The notes under the pieces were generated by a model that saw nothing but the letters and a program-made list of their open reading frames with translations, was not told the origin of the DNA and ran no database searches. Position numbers and translations under genes: made by a program. From Neoechinorhynchus agilis (taxonomy: Eukaryota > Animalia > Acanthocephala): 64,000 nucleotides of DNA. The stretch covers positions 15,664,784-15,728,783 of the forward strand of contig CM121341.1 of assembly GCA_051530055.1 (NCBI GenBank), written 5' to 3'. Each line of letters opens with the position of its first letter. Position 1 is the stretch's first letter. Shown here in pieces: positions 1-8,975 of the stretch.

Positions 1-274
1 CAGTCAAATCACATCTACTTTGTAATTTTTAGATGTTAAGTATTAACCTAAAAGTAAACTGACTACAAATTCACATGGACCTATTACAGAAATTATAAGA
101 TCTTTATGCGTGGTTCAGCCGGTTGCCTTTTTATCGAGAAGTTTAAGATTAGAATTATTTTTACCATGCGCGGCCGAATGGACACACAGTCCATCGATTT
201 CGGTCAGGGAAAGCGCTGGTCTGCGCTCAATGCCCATGACCGTACATTTATAAGTTTGTACATCCCTCCGGATT

Positions 275-338
275 CTCAGATACCTCCAGGAGGTGGGACT
301 CATCAGTGAGTTTCCTCCCTTCAGCAGTATTTCGTCCC
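275..338 (-). ncRNA. Non-circularly permuted hammerhead ribozyme, best-preserved copy
   Basis: Minus strand reads GGGAC-GAAA-UACU / 15-nt linker / CUCA-CUGAUGA-GUCCC / 10-nt linker / GGUA-UC-UGAG. Stems I (4 bp), II (5 bp) and III (5 bp incl. one G-U) all pair and the core is invariant. Confidence 0.75.
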
Positions 339-364
339 TTTGGTTGTGCATCATAGGCAGTAAC

Positions 365-375
365 GGATTCGAACC
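365..375 (-). promoter_or_regulatory. Pol III B-box in a tRNA-like head upstream of the permuted hammerhead
   Basis: GGTTCGAATCC on the minus strand followed by GTTACTGCC (tRNA 3'-end-like), ~27 nt upstream of the ribozyme. Confidence 0.6.
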
Positions 376-1197
376 CGTTGACCCAACAAACTGGGATCAG
401 GATCCCTCCGGATTTTCACCGGAGGAATGTACAAATTTCTGACCGTACCATCATGAGCATTGAGCGCAGACCATCGCTTCCCTAACCAAAATCAGTGGGC
501 TGTGTGTCCATAATTCAGCCGCGCATGGTAAAAAATCCTCATCTTACGCTTTTCGATAGAAATGATAAGGTTTATTCGTTAGAAGGCCCAAAGCGAAAGG
601 CTTTATCGTTAAACAGATTCCAACTTCCCCGTCCTTAACAGGAATCACATTGTGAAGCTTAAGCTAAAACTCCAATGGGTAAAACTTAGCTTCCGAAAAA
701 AAATTTTATGAAGATTAACAAAAAGATAGCCATCGTTCTAGTCTTCAGTGTATGCATGAAAAATTATAAGCTCACCTATATCCTTTTTCTAAGAAATAGG
801 AATTTGATCGCGTCGCAATTTTGTATTTGTCTAAAGATCGGACTGAATAACAGCGGCGAAAACGATTTCTAATAGTATTAATCATGAATTTGCTAACCAA
901 AAAGACCGAATCCATTTTATTTTGTCTCACAGAAGGTCGAATTCGGATTGCGTTATCGTTTGAACGGGTTGCGATTTCTCGGAGTATTTATTCGAACCTG
1001 GAATCTCCAACCTAAGTGCAATCACATTATGGTATTTATAATACAAGGTAGGCAAGAAGGGGTTAGGATTTAAGGGGCAATTCGTTGAGCATTTAACAAA
1101 ACTGAACAACAGTGGAGAAAGCAATTTCGCGCAATGTTTATCACGAATTCGCTAACCAAAAAGATCGAATCCACTTTATTTCATTTCATGAAGCATC

Positions 1198-2206
1198 TTA
1201 TTCCGATTGCATAACATGCAAAGCCAGGTCAATTACTCGATTGCTGTATCCATATTCATTGTCATACCACGCAACGAGCTTAACAAAATTATCATTCAGT
1301 CCAATACCAGCTTCCGCATCGACAATGCAGCTGTGAGTATCTCGAAGGAGATCCCGAGAGACAACGCTCTCTTCAACAACCGACATGATTTCGTTGAGAT
1401 CTCCACTCTTGGAATATTCTTTAAGTTTACCAACAATATCCTTGTATGGAGCACCATTGGTCAATCTAACGGTTAAATCAACAACGGATACATTAGGTGA
1501 AGGAATGCGCAAAGCCATTCCTGTAAGTTTTCCTTTAAGATCTGGAATAACCGCTCCAACTGCAACAGCAGCCCCAGTAGACGACGGGATGATATTCAAA
1601 GAACCAGCGCGTCCACCTCTCCAATCCTTCATCGAAGGACCGTCCACTACCTTCTGAGTAGCTGTATACGAGTGAATTGTAGTCATAAGTCCTTCCTCAA
1701 TTCCGTAGACTTTGTGAAGCACCATCGCCAGAGGAGCTAAACAGTTCGTGGTACAGGATGCATTGCTAATTACGCGCATTTCCTTTCGATATTGTTTGTG
1801 ATTGACACCGACGACGAACATCGGAGCGTCCACGGATGGAGCCGTGATTATTACCTTAATCAATTCTGAACCTTTAAGGTGTTTAGACGCATCTATGAGA
1901 CCAGTAAACACTCCTGTGCTTTCCACGACTAAATTAACCCCGTTTTCAGCCCATTTAATACTTTCTGGATCCTCCTCACTAAAGATCTTTACAACCTGTC
2001 CATCCACAATAAGCTCATTATCGTCACTCAAACGGGTTTCCTTGCTAAACTTTCCATGAACGCTATCGTACTTCAAATTGTAGAGCATGTATTCTGGTTC
2101 CATAAATGGTTCGTTTATGACTGCGATTTGAATATTACGCTCTAAACAGCAACGTGTCACGAGACGACCGATACGACCGAATCCATTGATCCCAACAACG
2201 AGACAT
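1198..2206 (-). CDS. GAPDH: Glyceraldehyde-3-phosphate dehydrogenase, intronless core, start unresolved
   Basis: [11 protein letters not shown] upstream of the ORF-track start, catalytic [11 protein letters not shown], and [11 protein letters not shown]. The nearest ATG (2206) is one base out of frame. Confidence 0.95.
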
Positions 2207-4757
2207 CCGGTCGATTTAGAAGTGGCTTCACTGATTGACGTTCTAGGACATGAATTTATGACAAAGTAGACGGACTATGAATTGCGTCTCTTTTGTATTC
2301 GGCAATACCTCAAAACTACTTATCATATTATTAGAAAAATGTTGGTTGGAAAACGGGAGAAATGATTAAAGAACTAAAATTCGAAGAAATAACAACTTAG
2401 TGTATTGTCCTAAGAATTCATGTAATATGTCCGGCATCCTCGTCGTGATTTCCACTTGCTTTGCATTTGCAATGACAATCAGCTTTCTTGCAAACGGAAG
2501 GAGCCATTTTTGCGAAAGCGACGGAGTGAAGTTGTGGATGAGGGAAAGCAAAACGAGATTTACTTGTATGCAAGGTCGCGTGGCTTCGACGTGATGTGAA
2601 TTTGTGTAAGGTTGATTATCACTCCGCTGGAACACGCGTAAATCTCGCTATGAAACTTGACGATATTCTCCCACCATATCATCGGTGGCCAAAGAAGTTG
2701 GATCCACTAAACCAAAGAGCTTCTTGCGACTCAAAATAAAAAAGGAATTTTGGATTTTTTTTAAAGAAATGTACTAAATATGTATTAAGCTTCGAAAATA
2801 GTCTATGACAAGTTCATTTTCCTTTAATCTTTGACAATGGATGTCGACGTCTTGAATAAATACGAACCATCCTGTTGACTAAAACGGAAAGTTAGTATTA
2901 AAATCATTTGCGAATATTTCCATGCGAAAAACATGGTTCAGTAAGGAATGTCAGCATCGCGGAAGAGAAATTTTGTTCCAAAAACCGATTGTTCATCATT
3001 TTTTAGGTAGAGATCAAAATTAAGATTCGTCCCTGCGCTTGGCACGTAAATAATTGACATAAATGCTGAAAAGTCACAATCTTAACTTTTCAAATCGCAT
3101 GGGTGATTTTTTTATAATTTTTGCAGCAACCTTTTTGATCGCTATTCCACACCAAAAAAATATTTTCTCAAATGCCATAGACGAAGAAGTTTATCATATG
3201 GCTCACAATAGACGTTCCTGTAACAACACTGAGGGCGCAAATTGTTGTCGGAGTTACTCGTCATTGGCACTGTTCTTGATGAAACGAGAAAAAACGAACT
3301 ACTCACCTTGGTTCGCATCACATTGTTTCACGGCAGTCATATCAACGATTCGGCGAAACGAAGTACACTTTTCCTACCGAAACTTGCAACGCTTAAGGGA
3401 TACCAAACACACAACTTCCAAAGATCTCACTTTCAGGTAGATTAACATCGTGAAAATTCCCCCGTCGAAAAATAATGAAAAATACGATTTACATACTTAT
3501 ATCCCGGCTCCGTCTATAGATATTGATCTCGTATTTAGACTGTTGTGTTACTGGTGTCTGTAATTGAGATTCACTGTAGATTTTCTTCAAATGGTCGTGG
3601 AATCCAATTTCGCCTTAAAAGTTATTGCATCGAATTCTTGCTATACGAGAAAGCTATCTATCTCTGCATTATAAAATCTGAAATTTGAGCTTAATGCAAT
3701 CGCATTCTTTATGAAACCTTTTGTTCGCGCCCTGCAACCTGCTAATATATTTAAAATGTTATAATAAAAATAGAACGAAAGGTAAGACATATAATCTTTA
3801 ATTCTGCGTTTGGTAAGTATTCTTTTAAATGTTATGTTTGTTCGGCAGCTTCCTTGATGGCCGCGGCATTGCCGCGTTGGATCGCCGCGCTGATTCGCTG
3901 CAACAGGAAAGAATTTGCTGTTTTACGTCAGAAATTGCTATTGAACGATATTCAAAACCAGAAAATATTATTGTGGTTCATCGCAGTGTAATATAAATCG
4001 CTTTATTGTGGTATTTTTGTCACTTTTAAGTCTTTCTAATTTTCAATCATTCTGTTGGTTTTTTGGTTCAAGAACATCAACTTTTCATGTACACTTATAA
4101 TTGATAATTTTTCCGATGAACGTAACTTTTCATTGCTTATGGCAATAAAAAAAGATGAATCAGAAGGCAATTGTTTCGCCAACTTAGATAAAACTAAGAA
4201 AATAGTGAAAGTTTAGCCCATTCGAAAGCAAAGCGCTTTAATATGGTATTTTCGTTACTTTTAAACTATAATTTTTATTGGTTCTGTTGCTTTCAATTCA
4301 ACTGTGATTTCTCAGATACATTGATGAACGTAATTGTCGCCTTTTGCACAGAAAATCGTCAAACCAGTTGGTAGTAGGTAACCCGTTGATCTTAAAACAA
4401 AAGTTGCTTTGTGGGTAAATGTGTACACGCTTAGTTCTATTGTTATTTTGAACACAATCTGTTCTCAATTGATATCAAACGATAAAATACAAATACCTCG
4501 ATCCGTAGCTCTATATTTATCAACTTCTCGCCACTGCGACAAATCAACTTAAAACGAATGGACCTTAAATTTGAGAATATTTCTTTTAATGGCCAGTGTG
4601 CTGTCTTTCAACTAAATAATATTTTATTGCAAAGAAGTTGTTTATGGATTCTTTTTTGTTTATTGATATAGAGATTGATTTGTTATTACTCTTTCACAAT
4701 ATTTCGTCCGTCTCGTCAGACTTCTTTAGGTCTAGGATAATTTATTACTCTGACCTA

Positions 4758-4808
4758 CCTTTAAGACCTGAAGAAGTCCGACGAGATTGGACAAAATATT
4801 GTGAAAGG
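4758..4808 (+). ncRNA. Minimal Penelope-type hammerhead, degenerate (G12A)
   Basis: CUGAAGA-A-GUCC-gacgagauu-GGAC-AAAA-UAUU, with palindromic AUAU stem III and flanking ccttt/aaagg pairing. Confidence 0.5.
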
Positions 4809-5117
4809 GTAATAATAAATCAATCTCTATATTACCAAATAATATTTTATCGACCGGGGGATTATGTTCACCATCACCATTTAATATTTACCATTTCGAA
4901 AGATCTTCTTGATATGATTTGTTCACAAGTTTATTCGTACATTGAAAACCAGAAGCATTGAATTTAATTGATCCCCGATTTTCTGTTCGATTTCTCGATA
5001 AGACGTTCTTTTAGAACAACGGCTATTGGATATCCCAGCTACGAATAAAACAACTACGCTTTTCTCCTTTCTTTCGCACGTAGACATCTCCTTCCAGGAC
5101 CGCACTGAATCTTCAGA

Positions 5118-6527
5118 ATGCGAAAAGTGCGTTTCATGGACATGCATGAACGGAAAAATCGGCGATCGTTGCATGACGAATTGAATGAAAGTGTGCAGAA
5201 ATCGAATTCTTTTATTGATGGTAGAGGTGACGAATCTCATCATCGCAGACGATACAAAGAGACGAACGTCCCTATCGTAGTTGAAGAAAGTTTATGGAAA
5301 AGCGTGATCTCGTACGTCCGTAGTCTTCTTGTTTATCTCTGCAGACAGTTGATATTCAAACCTCCTCAACACAAACTCACTTATTATACGCTGATTATAA
5401 TCGCCTGCTCTGTGATCCACAGTCTTGATATTCCTGATAAATCCGTTTATCTCGCAAACAAAAAGAACATTCTTAATGTACTTTTTATTAAGAACGGGTG
5501 GTTTTGGACGCTGTTGCTTGGCGTTCCGTTTGTTGTTTTAAGTCAGTGCAGCGTCTCTTCATATAATGTGGCATCGATTGCACGAGCAATCTTGAGACTC
5601 ATGGTCGCTACCTTCTTCTGGTACGGAATTACAAGCTGGTTTGAACAAATACGTGAGTGCCGATGCGACTAAATGGAGGGAGGAGATTCTTTTCGTGTTA
5701 TAGGTCGTTTTAATCTACAATGTTCCTTCTATCGATTCCGATCAGTTGAATGTGTATTCATCAAGACAGTGTCGAAAACACCACTCTATTTTAAAATGCT
5801 TAGCTTTCCCTCTTTATATCGAGGATTATATTCGGGTTGTTAGAGATATTTTTGTTATTTAGGTCGTTTGTCGACACCCGAGAAAACAGGGATCGCGCTA
5901 AAGAGACGAATGCGAATAAAACAATTGAATTAAAAATATGACTGATTAAACCGGCCCAAATATACAAATTCGTCTTTAATGCGATCCCTCTTATTGGGTG
6001 CCGACTAGAGACCTAAATAACATCTTTCCCTTTTTAATTTGTCTTCATAGTTTATTTATGTACTATCTGCACAAATAGAAATGTGGACCGGCAGTCATTG
6101 CGTGAATTTGACCTCGGACATCGTGCTGCCTTCTCTCAATAAAAATGACTGTCTCAAGATTCGGAACACTCGCTGGAATCATGCCGGTGTCGATCTGAGT
6201 GGTCATGTATTCCTGATTACGTACAGTTTGTTAATCCTGACCGAGGAAGCTCAACCGTACGTCCGATTCACGTGGTCCAAATCAGATCGAATGAAGGATA
6301 GAACCATCAAGGAGATCAGGAGGAGAATTGGTTCATATACCGATGTTATTTTCATTCTCATGGGCCTTCTCTGTGTTTTATGGGAAGGAATGCTCGTGTC
6401 AACGTGTCTTTACTTTCATAAATTCCTTCATAAAATTACGGCTTACTTGATTACCGTTGCCATTTGGTTTGTCACGTACCAATTCTATTACGTACAATCG
6501 TCCGTTCCAAATCCAGGACTCCCGTGA
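5118..6527 (+). CDS. FITM2: Fat storage-inducing transmembrane protein (FIT family), 2 exons (intron ~5653-6078)
   Basis: YLANKKNILNVLFIKNGWFWT, DLSGHVFL and STCLYFH motifs. The splice joins FEQI-Q-MWTGSHC in frame. Confidence 0.85.
5858..6017. mobile_element. MITE-like element, family D, inside the FITM intron
   Basis: TIR tttaggtcgtttgtcgacacccgaga / ttgggtgccgactagagacctaaa. Related copy at 36799-37204. Confidence 0.75.
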
Positions 6528-6699
6528 ACCGCAAAAAAAGCACATTTTAAGTGTATATGGGAGGAATGAGTGGTCATTTACAGTTCATTTGTCCATCATG
6601 AGCATTGAAAATTTAAACTTTACGACGCACTACAACTCAACAAAAAAAGGTTTTTGTGCCCCTAAAAAGTTTGAAAGCAATAGGGCGAAAAGTTGCGCT

Positions 6700-6958
6700 T
6701 TGCCAAGATCAACTTCGAAATTGCGAAAAAAAGGCGCCGACGAAGTTACCACTCCTGCGGAGCGAAGGAAAGTTGCCAAATACAGCAACTTCACGCAGAT
6801 TTCATCTTTGCGCCGTTCGGCGTCGAAATTTATGGGTCGCTGGGGGAGACGGCTTTGACGCTGATCAAGAGAATAGGGTGGAGACTGGTGAGGATTACGA
6901 GGAATCCTCGCGCCCCAATGTTCTTGCGGCAAAACATTAGTCTTGCCGTGCAACGGGA
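6700..6958 (+). mobile_element. CRE-like non-LTR retrotransposon 3' fragment (restriction-like endonuclease C-terminus)
   Basis: FAPFGVEIYGSLG...FLRQNISLAVQR, homologous to 19859-20653 and 32730-33275. Confidence 0.8.
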
Positions 6959-7045
6959 TTCCCGATGAAGGGATGAAACTCACTGATGAGTCCCGCCTCC
7001 TCGGGAGGTATTTGAGGATCCGGACGCTGATGCGTACAAACTCAT
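6959..7045 (+). repeat. 5'-truncated copy of the permuted-hammerhead repeat (GAAA strand lost)
   Basis: gaaggga-tgaaa-CTCA-CTGATGA-GTCCC-gcctcctcggga-GGTATTTGAG-gatccgga...gtacaaactc. Confidence 0.8.
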
Positions 7046-7280
7046 AATCGTATGATTAAAGGTTTCAAATTATTTTATGCGCTTCCTTGAACCATATCGG
7101 CTGGCTGTATGCCCAACAAAAAAATTATGAACCGTGGAAAAGACCTCACTTCAACACGGAATAAATGTAACCGAATGGCAAGACTTCAAAAAATAGAATA
7201 CAATTATATTGAGTTAAAAAAGCCCAGTGGTTATCATACTAATAGTTATTTTGGATTATTATCCTCGGAGGAAAAGAGAA

Positions 7281-7500
7281 TTTCTTGTGGTAGTTCTGTC
7301 AACCCTCTGATTTAAATTCACTTATTTATTTCCGATATTTCACGTTCCGACATTTCCCCCAAGGTTTGTCATTGTTTGTTATAAAAAAATCTTGAGCGTC
7401 TTTTAATAAGAAACCTTGGGGAAATGTTGGAATTATTCGATGTGAATTATCGGAAATAAGTGAATTTAAATCAGAGGGGTGACAAAACTACCTCAAGAAA
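7281..7500. mobile_element. MITE-like palindrome, family B
   Basis: Outer IR tttcttg..gtagtt.tgtca.ccctctgatttaaattcactt, inner IR ccccaaggttt/aaaccttgggg. Copies at 13724, 17526, 17909 and 52831. Confidence 0.85.
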
Positions 7501-7520
7501 AAGACTAGTAGTAATTGAAT

Positions 7521-7682
7521 GGCGGTTTTTGAACATAATCCCCGGTTAAAGATTCCTTTATTATTGGGAAATATTTCGCGAGTGAACACATGTAAACAAT
7601 GACTAATGAGGCGAGGTTTCTTCGTTCGAGATATTTCAATAAAGGAATCTATAACCGGAGGATTATGTTCGCCACTACCACC
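7521..7682. mobile_element. MITE-like element, family C, adjacent to family B
   Basis: IR gaacataatccccggtta / taaccggaggattatgttc. Near-identical copy at 17741-17900. Confidence 0.75.
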
Positions 7683-8975
7683 ATTCAATATTTACGATCC
7701 CGAAGGATCTTTTTGACATGACTAATATTTATGCTTATTCGGATGTACGCAAACACTTTAATGTGTTGATTTTTACTGATTGAATGCGTACACAAGCGCG
7801 GGTGATGGAAACATACGAATTAATGAAGATCTAAATGAACACAAATGCGATTACGGTGCCTTTTAGCTCTAATTTATGTGTACAACTGTGCGATTTATTG
7901 TTGTTTTAACTCCTAGTCTTGTAAGACGGGTATTTTAATGGCGTTTGGTCAAAACTGCGAGATGTTTTAGACGAACAAGTGAAAATGTACAAAAAGCACC
8001 AAAACATCTATACGACGTAACAAGGATGAACGTGTAGTGACGTCACTTTTTGCGCATTCTTCCTGTTAACTGGAACAATTGTGTGACACGGACGAACTAA
8101 TCTTCGTAGAATGTCTAAATTCGACGTTTTATCCAACCGAGTGAAAACTTCCATGGTGTTATGTGCAAACTCAGAGTTTTCATAGAATTTCATAAATGTT
8201 TTTTACAAAAATTTTCCTTTCAAACATGCAGTTTCGTGATTCATACTTTTAAACATCGTTCTTATGGTTGGTTTTATTAAAGAAGGAGTTACGTCGACTC
8301 CATCGGAGTATCGTATCTTTGGTTGGCGAGAAATGGAAGCTTAAATTTGATTGCCAAAATTCAATGAGGAACATTTCGAAAAAACAACGATATTCATGTG
8401 CCTAATTTATCGATTCACGAAATAATTTTCCCAGTGGTTAAATATCTTCCAAAAAAACACGGAGTTGAACGACATTCCATGGCATCACGCAAATTTCTCA
8501 TAAAGGTGGGTGGTTCTCGGGAATTCATGTGTCAACGCCCGACAAAACACAGTCAAAATCATATCGACACCTCGTCTCTCCCTCAGAGTGTTTTCCCATA
8601 CCATTTCATAACTGTCACAGACACTGTGGTCTCCAACAGGAAATTGTAGCTTTATATTGACTCAGAATGAAAATACGATAAGCGCCTATTCTTAGGCCGT
8701 AAATGGATACTCGCATCATATTTTCGTAGTGCTTTTACATTCTACACTGATCCAGATTACAAGCGTAATCCGCCGTTATACGGAATCTTCACGTAGACTA
8801 TCCCGTTCTCTTCACGTCTAACGACTGTCATCATCCTGAGACCTTTGTCTACCACAACGATGTCCCGACTTGGAAGCTGACTTTAGTCGCCTGAGACCGT
8901 TTGCTTAAATGCTTTTGTTACAAGCACGTAATCGACCTCGCCACCTTGCCTGAACTACTCTCCTTCTCAGCACAA

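Larger units (their letters stand above)
157..536. repeat. Inverted repeat (arms ~157-274 and ~419-536) enclosing a hammerhead/tRNA-like unit
   Basis: ttaccatgcgcggc...ggtctgcgctcaatg...tgtacatccctccgg is mirrored by ccggaggaatgtaca...cattgagcgcagacc...gccgcgcatggtaa, with scattered mismatches and indels. Confidence 0.85.

Noticed and set aside
295-330. Canonical type I reading of the repeat (CUGAAGG-GAG-GAAA-CUCA-cuga-UGAG-UC)
   Set aside because: Needs A9G, has no stem II and only ~1 bp of stem I, and CUGAAG is not conserved in the 7.0 and 12.7 kb copies. The permuted fold satisfies all core positions. Kept only as a possible decoy hairpin
881-1173. ~35-60 bp direct duplication downstream of GAPDH (881-914 vs 1140-1173)
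   Set aside because: Real but short and local, with no evidence of function
1207-2059. Plus-strand ORFs over GAPDH, and similar ORFs opposite WDR5, LRR, LIM, NUDT9 and TE ORFs
   Set aside because: Antisense shadows of real coding sequence
6990-7016. HDV-like ribozyme resemblance (gtcccgcctcctcg)
   Set aside because: No P1 with a G at the cleavage site, no P2 partner or J4/2 strand, and the motif is not conserved in other copies
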